Shown here piece after piece: positions 40,301 through 52,080 of a stretch of 64,000 bases of DNA (position 1 is its first letter; each line of letters opens with the position of its first letter). This DNA comes from Lingula anatina (Eukaryota; Animalia; Brachiopoda), in contig CM120643.1 of NCBI GenBank assembly GCA_051362555.1, forward strand, positions 15,784,644 to 15,848,643, read 5' to 3'. The translations under genes were made by a program, and so were the position numbers. Below the pieces are notes generated by a model. The model was not told the DNA's origin and did not search any database. It saw only the letters and a list, made by a program, of their open reading frames with translations.

Positions 40301-41779
40301 ATAAGAATTGTGTATCATCTTTGCGTTATCTTTCCCATGTAAGTGAGAGTGTAACACCGTGGTATGTAGTGGTAAGTTGTGTATACCGTTTACTGACTAT
40401 AGCCAAAACCTTATTATGATGAAGCTGATTATAACCCCCATACAATGTAAAATAAAAATTGAACATGAGCTGTAACGTAAGAATACACCTGGCGTATCTT
40501 CAATGTATACCTAAAACAAGAGGGTATGAGCATCTCAGTTTTATTATCTCAGTGCAATATATCCATTGTTAGAATGAATGGTAGTCCTTGCTCTAAATCA
40601 AACATTTATAAAGTATGCAAGGCCTTTTCCCAACTTGAGGAGCAAGATTCTACACTTATGTTGTTTCCACCCAGTAACTTAATAGGCTATATTTACCGCT
40701 ACGTGGAATGTTGCTAGGGCGTTTGTGTCTTCACGAAGCAGTTAAAATGGATCATCTTTCAATTCTATATCCTTTTTGTTGAGGTAAACCATAAAATTAG
40801 TTGTTTGGTCGCACAGTATAGAATTCTTGCCATAGTCTATGCCTTTAAATGTACCGTTTATTTGATACACACTGCATATCAACTGGTTCTATTTTAAAAT
40901 TAAAATTTTCTTTTTATGCTAATTTGAATTTTCCGTTTTAAGGAAGATCCTTTCTTTCCCTTCATCATATCGGGTATAATTCCAAACAAGTTTGTAGTGT
41001 GCGTATTTAGTGCCAGAGAGTAAACAATTTTTACAAATCAAGATAAAATCGTCATTAAATTGCAAATGCACGTTTCAATCGTGAAGCATTATTAGAACTA
41101 ACACTGACTAGTGACAGAGGAACTATATGACTTAATTCATTCAAAACTTATTGTATGAGTTTTTAATTCATTTTTCTTTTTGTTACAGAGAAATATCTCC
41201 ATGCCTTAAAACCAACGTGTGCTGTTCCTGCTATGGGACATTAACAATTTTGGGTTGCCTATTTTTTTTCAAGAAGTTGGAATGTAAATTGAGGGAAACG
41301 AAAAAACTCAGTATAGAGCTCTATTATAACCAATAACAATAGCTGAAGTTATTTTGTTTTAAAATAATGTCGAACATGTTTATATTCATGTAGATATGAA
41401 AAGATTTAATGGCCCTCGTATTAACTTAAGTCTCAGTTGACTTGAAGACACCCACTCATTAATCTAAAATCTAATTCGTTTTCTTGTGCACGACAGTCTT
41501 CAAACATGCTGGTATCTTGGATAATCGTTTTGCCTGCTTACAGCAGGTGAATAGTCACCATTTAAAACCCACAACTATTATTTCGCGCTTATAATTAAAA
41601 CGTTTGGATAATGCTATTTTTAAATTATTTCAATTCGTATAAATCATGCAATAAAAATCTGTAATCATCTGTAAGATTTCTTCGTTAAAAATTAAGTTGT
41701 ATTTATGTGACGGTACAAATATATTTAACATTGCTTGTTTGTATCCAATCTGACTGATAAAGACGTGAAGTTTACTTAC

Positions 41780-42081
41780 ATGGCGTCCTCGCATCGGAAT
41801 CTTTGGAGTTTTCTGTCTCTCCTTCCTTCTTTGTGCTCTCGTTGTCATTACTGTCTTCGTCATTGCCAAACCATCCTTTCTCCTTTTTTAACCTCCTCCT
41901 TGCGTTCGCAAACCAAGTAGACACTTGGGTCAAAGACATTTTTGTTATAATTGCCAACATGATCTTTTCTCCTTTTGTTGGATACGGATTCTTCTTGTGC
42001 TCGTTGAGCCAGGCTTTTAGAGTGTTCGTTGTTTCCCGGGATGCGTTCTTTCTTCGAACCCCATTAAATTCTGATGCATAG
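41780..42081 (-). CDS. Irx: Irx coding exon 3, TALE homeodomain ([59 protein letters not shown]) plus acidic tail
   Basis: Diagnostic PYP loop and WFANARRR (Ala50) of the IRO class at 41880-42056. Acceptor ttattttcattatttttag|C and phase-1 donor CCA T|GTAAGT. Confidence 0.98.
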
Positions 42082-44001
42082 CTAAAAATAATGAAAATAA
42101 ATTATGTTTATCGTCAGCGTTAATTCTACATTTTCATAACTTTAAAACCTAACATTAGTTGGTCAGTCAATTTACTGTGTCATCCCACATATTAAACCAA
42201 CTCATGCAAAATATCGGAGTTGCCAAATTTTAGGGTATTTTAACCTTTTTTTAAAACTTCTTTTTATTACAACCAACCGATTATCATTTAAAACATTGTT
42301 AGAAAAATCTATCAAATTATAAATAGAATAAATATTGACTCACAATAAATACATTTATCTATATGTGCCCATTAAAAATATCATTAGAATATCATTAATG
42401 ATTACACATCATATATACAATATTTATCAATTGATATTTAAAAAAAATCCTTATTTTGGTTAGCAGAGATGTTAAAACTTTGACATCAAAGATTGCACGA
42501 AGTGGTTTTAAATCAAGAATTTATTTGAATTTCATCTCAAAAATAATTTACAAATATTCTTAACATAAAGTTGTTTGATAATTTAAATTTAAATAAAAAC
42601 ATTTCTCTAACATACAACACCAAATCGCAATGTCTAAAAAGTGCTTCTTAATAATTTGCATTTTCTAACTTTGCATTTAAAATTATTATTTTACACAGCT
42701 TTTAATCAGAATTTCGTTCTTTTACCATTTAATATACCTGGCCTTGGTTCATAAATTTGGTTAATGGGTATGCCATTTGTTGTTAAATACAGGAGCAAAA
42801 CTTACACCTAAAATTGGGATCTTCATGTTTTTTTATATATGTGTAGGAGGGACAACCCTCTATAAAAGTTCTTATTCCTTTTTTTCTAAATGTCGAACGA
42901 TTATTACAAATAAGCTTCATACGGGTTATTGCATGAATTCCACTATTTTTGACTATGTTTGATATTGTGCAAAAAGAGTGGAACAACGGCCACTGCTTTG
43001 ATAAAAAAAATTAAACTGAAGGAGTACTTAGTCAGTTAAAGTTTTTTGTGATTCATTTTATACTTTAAAGTGAAACTGGTAATAAATAAATTCTCTTTGG
43101 AATTGTCCTTAAGACTTTTTATTAAATCTCATTTTCAATTTAGATATTCTGCATCCCGTTTACCAAGTCCCAATACGATGTTACTGAATAAATCGACGGA
43201 TTTCATTGGTTAATGCTTAAACCACTAATTCCATTTTCTTTCTAATAAAATCGATACATCTAATATGGAGGTGCCATCTCATGTGTCAGGACACTGAAAA
43301 CCTGGTACAAAGATTACTGGCCAGACATCTGTAAATGTGTTACGTTGCTTTAATTGCCACCTAAGACATCTGGCCACTGCTTTGTGCGTCACATGGGTCC
43401 ACCACCTATTTAGAACACAGGCTGGGACACGGCCCCATTGAAAACAATTCCAATATTTTTTTTTTACCATGTTCACGACTTTTCCTTTTTTTTATTGTGA
43501 ACGACTTCCTCGTTTTTTTTTTAAGTATGAGACTTGTCACGTATTATATACGCAGGATAATGTGTTTCAATTGTTTTCGAAGCCTGGTAAGAGTCTTGTT
43601 TTATGTTTGTTTGCAATTCTTGGTCAACATAAGAGTTGTTTTTGTCTAACAACGTACATATTATATTGACGCCATCATTTGTGTCTATTTTTCTATTATT
43701 CAATTATTCAAATATGTCAAGGCTGTGAAATGTTTCCGAATAAGTGGCTACTTTAACAAATGAGACGAGGAATTTTGTCCCAATATGTTAGATAAATTAG
43801 CAAAAATATCTCCGATCTATCTTCATTGTGTCGTTTAATATAGACACAATTGTATTGAATTAGAGTAGATAAACAACTCATCAATTTTCTCTTTATGACA
43901 CTGTGTTTCCAAAAATAGTTCTGAGTAGAAACTTTGAACCCGTAATGTAATTCCTATAATAACATAAACAAGTGAATGCAGAAAAGGTAATGACGTAAAA
44001 A

Positions 44002-44009
<8 letters not shown>

Positions 44010-44074
<65 letters not shown>
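44010..44074. repeat. (AT)n microsatellite after a poly-A run, in Irx intron 2
   Basis: Read directly. Confidence 0.99.
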
Positions 44075-44078
<4 letters not shown>

Positions 44079-47000
44079 GCCACGCTCTATTCATCAAAAA
44101 ATATGCGAAGCGTATTCGCAAAATTTAGAGATAACTAAATATCAAAAGTGAAATAAAAACTATGATATCTCTGTTTTTAGATCGTTTTGTATCTAAAGGT
44201 CGACCATGGAATGTTAGTGCCATGGTCATTGAAAACTGACAATGAAACAAAATAAATTTAATCTAAATAATGATTTAAATAATACTAGCGTTATGTTTTG
44301 TAAACAACGATATTGGTTGACAAGCAGGAAGGATACTATACTCTCAGCTCATGAATAAATCAGCTCACTCTAGGCAATAGGAAGGGCTGGAGTCTAGCAA
44401 TGAAGTTTGTTCAATCTATAAGAAGTTTTTCAGTTAAAACGTAACAAATAAATGAATAGATTAATTAATTAATTTATAAAATTGGGAAAATGTAACTTCC
44501 AAAATTGATATCACGTGATCAGTAGGGTTTGTGCACACCCCTTCCGCATTTGAGCAACTTCATAACTATATCCTCATTGTCAATCTTATTTTGCTATAGA
44601 ATTCCAGTGGACGGACATGTCCCATGGCATTTCCCTATCAATATAAAGGGATGTGACAACCAATGATAGTGTTATGCTTTCATGCGGTATTTGTTTCTGT
44701 TTTTTTTAAGGTTTCTCATGGCGAGTTGTGCAAGAAGTCTATGCATTGGACTGAAATGACATAGTTTACCAAAGATTCAAACGTGTAATAAATATCCTTC
44801 AGATTCCGGACTGCAGAGATAATATTACAAAGAGTAAACACATCTATAATTTATTCTATTGTAACTTTTAAGAAAAATTTAATCTTACTCTCCAAGTTTT
44901 CCATACTGTCACTTTTATCTCTGTATACTACTATCTACGTCTTCTTTTCTTCTTATATCATTTGTCAGTAAATGAAAGACATAACCATAAGTAAGTGGGC
45001 ATGCTTTGACGTTAACGGACCTCAAGTTATCTATATTGACTTGTAACCAATGTATGATTATGTTATAAGTTCGAGATATTTCCTTGATCGGTATTTATTT
45101 CCTTTCTGTGGCAGCAATTTGGAATAACTGAATAACAATGGTATGTATATAATACATCAGCCTCGATCCCCTCACTCGTCCTGACACCTACCAGATTTCG
45201 TTTGGAAAATGTGATTTACTTTCTGTTACATTCAGGAAGAATTGGAGGTGCATTTGTATAATGTATCTAAATGACATTAAGAAACAGAAGATAATTCCTT
45301 TATGGTCCTTTGCTTTTTTGTTTATGTTGTAGAAGCCGCCGCTACACAAATGGTTTTCGTGGTGTACTTTATCTTCTTCCAGGGGGATCAATCTTCCCAT
45401 TGTTGACCAGTGACTGTTTTTCTCATGTTCATATAATTTTTTGTACCTTCCCTTTCGGACATTCTTTCTTTGCCAAATATTGCCTCATATATTTTCCCGA
45501 TGTGTATCGAAATGTAAAGACCCCCCCCCCCCAGCTGTTCGTAAAATCCCTCTTTTGCGTGCAAGATGCACCCCGGCTGAGATGCAGCGTCTTTAACTCG
45601 TGAGCTCGCTCTTATCTGATGGTGAATCACGCTGTTAAATGATAAACTTGGCCGCTTTCTATGCCAGTTCTCTCCGAAAGTGAACAACCAAGAGTTGATT
45701 ACCTGACGATGAGAAGGAGGTGTGATTGGGATAATCTTGTTTGCTCGGGTTTTTTTTCTTGAAAAGTCTTGGGCCAATTGAGGCAATGAATGAAAGGATA
45801 AAGGTCTGCGACCTACTGTTGCTTCGCACGTTCCCTTAACAGCTCAACTGATTATGTGGGTTAACTTTAAGGAATCGGTCAAAAGTAGCAAAATGTAGCG
45901 TTGCAAACCCGTGCCAAGGCGCACTCAAATGTCTTTGACAAGTGTATTTGCTTTCCTAAACCACGTGAGTCGTGTTTCTGGTCGTGTATTAAACACCCAC
46001 TACATCTGTAAATACGTATACACGCGTGTTTGGGCCGACCAAAATGGCGCCTGTGTGGTATCATTATCTAACCATAAAGCCCAGGAACAGTTAGAGTATC
46101 AACAGTATAAGTATATCCAAATACGCTTTGTCCTTGCAAATGAAGACGTTTGAACAATAGGTTGATTTATTAGCATGTCGTGGAACGCCATACGATAGCT
46201 CGTTTTCAGTTTCCGATAATTTGGTCGCATGCTTAAAGCTCTTATGTTTCAACAAAGCACCCAGATTTCCCATTGCTTATACATTCTAATTGTTCTGATT
46301 TCCAGCTGTTGGATTTTATTTTATTGAAAAACTGACAAAACCAAATACAATCCGAAATACTAGTTACATAAATTTCAATGTCGAAATTACCCAGCGACTT
46401 TTTCTTGTTTCTGTCATTATCTATAAGGAAGCATATTTCAAAATTCTTAAACTACTTAAACTCTTCTGCATTGTATTAATGTCCGATTTAAAATTTCAAA
46501 ATTCACTTTAACAAAAGTACTTTGTTCTGCTTGGGGACCAGAATTTTAATTGGAAAATGTGACTTAATTGGAATTCTTTAACCCTATTGCCAATACTTAG
46601 AAAATTAACTACATTAACGTTATCTAAATGTTTATGTAAATTTGTCAAATGCATTTAAGAGTAATATAACCTTCAAACCACCGTATTGCGATTTCTTCTT
46701 TTTAAGATCAAATATTCATTCGAAGTAAATGAAACCAAGTTTTTTTCCTTCGAGCCAATATACATCAAATGCTAATCATGAACGGGTCATTCCACATGAA
46801 CATTTGAGTCACGTCAATATTTGCATAATTTTGATTTGGCTCATTGTTTTGGCTGTATAATACTATGGTCCCCTTCAATATAGAAAATAATCAGCAGCAA
46901 TCAGAAAGTGACGAAAAACAGTCATGCAAATATTACACAAAATATGTGCGTCACTGCCATGAAATAAATGTTGACTTTATTAAGTATTAGCCAAACATAA

Positions 47001-48532
47001 AGCTGCCACATTAATGAATCAAATATAGAATCACAATAGTTTAATTAAAACGGATTACATTTTGTGTGAATCTTATTCCATTTTACAGAAATAAATACCG
47101 TTTCAGAAATATGTCTAAGGATTCCTACCTCAGCCAACCTTTACCAATTCAAATTCAGACCCTTATCCTTAAATTCAAATAAAATTAGGAGTTACCGAAA
47201 TGTAATTTACAATTCGATTTGTTTACTCATTATCTTTCAATCAACAGTGCCGACGAATGCTAAGTAATGTATTGGTTTGATTACAGTCTGTACGTCCACT
47301 CGAACCCTCATTTCAACTGAATAATATGACCGAAAACACAGAAAACATCTGAAAATACCAAATCAAATTTTGATGAATTTCTAAGCAAACGCGGTTGTTT
47401 CTTTAAATAAATACATGACTCTAAAACGTTCCACTTAATCCTTTTTATTGGTCTTTTTGCATCGGCTTGTTTTAAATATTTCCTTGCTTTTAAATTATTT
47501 GACTAAGCTTACAGTAGATCATAAAATGACCTTTCAATATCTGAACTGTTTTTTTTTTTACTTTACTTACTTTAATCAGCATAAAATGCTTAAACCAGCA
47601 TATTAAAAGTTATTACTGAATTAAAAAAACAAGTAAGACATATTAGACTATTTATTTTGACATAATCCAGTTAATTAGTTAAAGTATCATTAAAATATAA
47701 ATAAAATTGATAGATTCTATATAAAAAATGAACCTTTGAAATATGTAAAGAATTTATGCTTTTGGCTGTAAGTATATTTTCTAATAAAAACGCACAATTC
47801 GTTCACAGCAAATTCAGTGAGGGGAGTGAGTTCACAATGCCGCCTTTAACAGGATTTTCATTAATTAAAAAGACAAGTATATGCTAGAAGTCATGTAAAT
47901 GCCACATTACGGTCACTGTATTTTATTTTTTGTAATTTAAATGTTTATCTTGTAGTTGAAATTGAAAGAAGCAGCTGCATGCATGGAACTGGTACAATAT
48001 TTCCTCAAAATATTGGGCCATTTAAAATTAAGGCTACAATGAAACCAGTGCTGTTTGATGTTCAGTTGAAAAAAAAAATTGATTGAACCATATATAAAAA
48101 ATAAAGCTTTGAATTTCTTTTCAAATCCCTGAAGAAGGCCTCGTGACCGTAAAATGTGTAACAATTATTTCCATATTTCACATAAATTTTGGGAAAATGG
48201 ACGGTGCACAAAGCAGAACAAGATTTGTGTAAGCTATATTTGTCTTCAACAAGAATTAAAATTTGTCGAAAGTAAATTAACTGCATTAGTACACGTTTCA
48301 GGTATATTCTTAAAAGCGGCAGCGTTAGCGTATTTCTTCTGTTTTTTTTCATATATATATATTAATATATCATGCTCTATTTTTTATTCTTAATATTCGC
48401 CCTTAATTTCCGATTTAATATTTTACACAAAGGCGTAAAACGTCTTACATTTTCCTGAACTCTGCCATTAATTTCCCTTTTTTTAATCAGAAAATGGAAG
48501 TATTAAAATTGGTGCAGAAAACGTCAACCTAC

Positions 48533-48633
48533 CCTGAGTATGGGTAGCCAGCCCACGTGTAGTCGTACTGGTAGGCGGTAGGGGGAATACCGTGCCATAG
48601 CTCTGAGCTGTCTTTCACATCATAGGCAGTATT
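48533..48633 (-). CDS. Irx: Irx coding exon 2 (101 nt: NTAYDVKDSSELWHGIPPTAYQYDYTWAGYPYS-G)
   Basis: Found by reading the minus strand. Acceptor ccgtctttttcag|AAT and donor TCAGG|GTAGGT give phase 0 in and phase 2 out, exactly bridging exons 1 and 3. The Tyr/Pro-rich D-x-K-D...W...YD...AGYPY pattern resembles the pre-homeodomain region of Irx proteins. Confidence 0.9.
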
Positions 48634-51473
48634 CTGAAAAAGACGGAATAAAATCTTACAAATAGGTATACACACACACAAATATATCTGTAAAATCATA
48701 GGCAGTATTCTAAAAGTATTTACAAAGGGAGAGAGAGAGATGTCTCTTTGTTATCTTTGTAAAGTCAGTAGAACACTATATAATTATCTAAAATGACCTT
48801 TTTATATAAACTAACAATGCATAGTGGGGCCTACACATTGCTTCTTTACTTGCCTTACTACCCCCCCCCCCCCCCCCCCCCCCCCCATTCAGGGAACAGA
48901 GGTCGATCGCTGTGGGTCTACGTCTGACGTCAGCCTTTGGTGATTTTTTTCCTTTCAAAGCATACTTGACTCGTGGTCAAATTAAATGTAGCCAAAGATA
49001 TTACGGTAAAGAAAATACAGACGTCATAATCATTTGTATAATCAAACAGCTAAAAAGTTCAGAACAGGAACGGAATGTGCATGGTCATAGTAAAAAAAGG
49101 ACTTTCTATTGTGACCTAATGTGTAAAATCACTACGACAAAGTAAGCGTAGATTTGAACGGCGCCAGTTTTGAAAATTAACCACAGTATTAGGCCACGCT
49201 GTAAATACGTTGACTAATCCTAAATTTAAAAAAAATTTAAAGAAGTGCGCTCCAAACGCTGTGACCATTTCGTACAATTCAGCCCATTGACATAGATATG
49301 TAGAGTGACAATGTATTCCTGTGACAAAGTAAAATGGAAAAACGGGGATGTTGGGAGGAGGAGTTTTTTTTATAAATTCTGACGACAATAGTTGTTGTTA
49401 TAATTTAATTAAAGGGCATTGAACTACACATTTGTTGTTAGTTAGTTCCGACAAGGTTTACTACCCGCAGGTACCAGTACTTACAAAATAACCAGACTTC
49501 TGGGCAACCCCTAAACTTTTTAAACAAGAAAACCTTTTTTACATCATCCCTCTTAAATATTTATTGGGAGGTATATGCAAATAAGTTTGAAAATCTGCAT
49601 TTTGCCATACTTATAATATATTCTCTCAATGAAAATAAGCTACAAGTTCACTTTAGGCTCTGCAATATCATAACAATGCCTCTTTGTTTTGTGTTATAAA
49701 TTGAATAAATAATGTAGCAAACCATATCATGTATATTTTAGCATCAAGTATGCCCGCATATTAAAACGACTAACGAAACCAAGCATAATATTTCTTTAAA
49801 TGCCACTTTTTACAGCGGTCCACGGAAAATAGCCCACTTTTTCCTTTTTTTAATGTCTTGATAAGAGATTATTCATACTAACAACCAGACTTATATAACA
49901 TTAAATAAGTTGTCCTTTTTTATTTATTTCATAATAATAATAATTATTATTATTGTTATTATTATTATTATTATTATTACTTTTGTAAGTGTGTTAAGAA
50001 AGCTTTCGGGATATAATATAATTATTGTACTCTTGGGATAATTTTCTAGTTTTTCTGTTCTAATTCACCACAGAATGAAACCCAATAATGCCTTCATAAC
50101 TGGCGGTTGATCGGTTGGCTTCAGATTTGCATGTCTGACGAGAAACCCTGCGTTCGCGGACAATAATTAGTTCATTTGCAAAAGGTGATTTTTTAATTTA
50201 TAGGCTCACTGTTATCTAACCCAGCCTACTCCCAGGTCAAAGGTATCTTTTCAATTAGCAACTGTTCTATTATTCATCCAGCTGCGGCATCAATTCTTAA
50301 ATAACAACAACTGGTCAATGAAGCTGTGATCTGGGGCTCGTTGTAAGTTTTACTATCTAACCGCCCACTAAAACCATACAGACCTTGCTGCCACTTGCTC
50401 CGGAGACTAAGTCTATATACATGCCTTGTGTATAAATCTGATGTATTTTTATTTCACCAATTTCTAAGAAAAGCTACGTAAAATGAAGTTTTATCAGCCA
50501 AAACTCAAACAAATGACATAAAGAGATCCATTTATTTTATCAATTACTGTCCAGTGATATTTATTTATTAATTTATTTTTTACCATTCATTCCGTTATTT
50601 ATTATTATTCTTATTTTTTTGTAAATATTGAAATTGCAATTCTATAATATAAGCAAAAACAACAAAAAAACTAAGACTAAAACTGCGGGTAATTAATTCA
50701 GCACAAAAAGTACTTTTAACCTAAAGTAATGGGGATCGAGTTCTACGCTATGATACTGTATTCTGGGGGTAGAAGATAACTTGTCTTCTCCCCTGGGTCG
50801 TGACTCAAAATATTCCTCAGTTAATTCAGTGGCCGGTGTTGTGTAGTCCGTCACGCTCAGGCGTCAAGGCACGTTGCTTTTGATGAAAGTGAAATTGTCT
50901 AGCTTGTCTCGGGAGGAGAAATTTTGTAGTGAATAAATGATAAGTCCTCGGGAGAAGACGCTACGAGCAACACAGAGCGCCAGATTGGTTGTGATCCATT
51001 ATTACTATAAGATCAATTTAATTAAAGAAAAAGAGCGGCGCGCGCGAGATAATGAAAATGCAATACCCACTTTACGCTACGCTCGTCTAATTAGTCGATA
51101 TTTCTAGGCTTGTAGTAAGTGAAAAGCTACTCTTCGGTCAATTTACTATACTCCACGCACGGTTTTATTTCAATACAATTTTCCAGAGAATAATCGAGGG
51201 GTATGGATTCTTGGCAAAATGCCTATTTTCGAGAATTTTTAAGCTGCGTTAAACTGCAGTATAAAATTTAATACAACTCTAACAGGAAAAATATAATTCT
51301 AACACAGTTTATTATATAACATACTATATATATATAACAATTGAAACACTTCTCAAAGAAAAAAAAGCAATTGAGGGTTGCACTTTCACGTAAATTAAAC
51401 TTAACAATTTACCATGAAGGAAAAAATCAACTGATTTCTAGTACAGCATTTACAATGTTGGCAAGCAACTTAC

Positions 51474-51719
51474 CAAAGAAGAATACAAAGGTGTGTGGTC
51501 GGATGTGATATGCGGCAGGTACCCCTGCGTCCCGTGATACGATGAACTGTATATATTCTCGGAGAGCGCCGACGGCATCCTTGCATAGCTGAGGCTGAGG
51601 GTGGGGCTGTACTGGCACGAGCAAACCGACTGCCCGGTGTGAGGGTCGGTGACCAGTGATCGGCCCGTGTCACAGCAGTGAGGCGTGTTCCCCGGAACCG
51701 CTGCCATAGGCGTTGGCAT
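51474..51719 (-). CDS. Irx: Iroquois/Irx homeobox gene, coding exon 1 (82 codons: MPTPMAAVPGNTPHCCDTGRSLVTDPHTGQSVCSCQY...PLYSSL)
   Basis: CCDTGR-x3-TDP-x2-GQ-x2-CSCQY matches the N-terminal motif of protostome Iroquois proteins (Drosophila mirror CCDTGRTIYTDPVSGQTICSCQY). There is a phase-0 donor TTG|GTAAGT at 51473. An in-frame acceptor (tctctcgcttctgttgtag|CTG GTT ATG) would allow the exon to start at 51725. Confidence 0.93.
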
Positions 51720-51989
51720 AACCAGCTACAACAGAAGCGAGAGATACGTACAGTAAATAAACGCCAACAGTTAAAAAATTACCAACGGACAACCAAGATC
51801 CACAACCACACTTTCCCGACCAGCTCTCGAACATAAGTAAAGATATACTGTTACCAGCCGTCCTATAACATGACGACAAATGCCCTATATTTCATAATCA
51901 CTAAAAAAAGAAGAATACCCTGGAATTGTGGAGCCAGTAACCCGTCCGCTGGGAGATAGAACCGAGCTGGTGCCCCGTACAGAAGAAAA

Positions 51990-52080
51990 ACAAGGAGTTG
52001 GAACTACTGCTCACTCTTGCTCAGCTCCGAACGGAGGCTGTCAACGATAAATCACGACAAACATTGGAGCTGGTGAGTGA
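51990..52080 (-). promoter_or_regulatory. Putative Irx proximal promoter with CCAAT box, Pbx/Hox site and Meis site
   Basis: The minus strand reads CCAAT (52063-52067), TGATTTAT (52047-52054) and TGACAG (52038-52043) in a CpG-retaining patch about 300 nt upstream of the ATG. The TSS is not determined. Confidence 0.45.
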
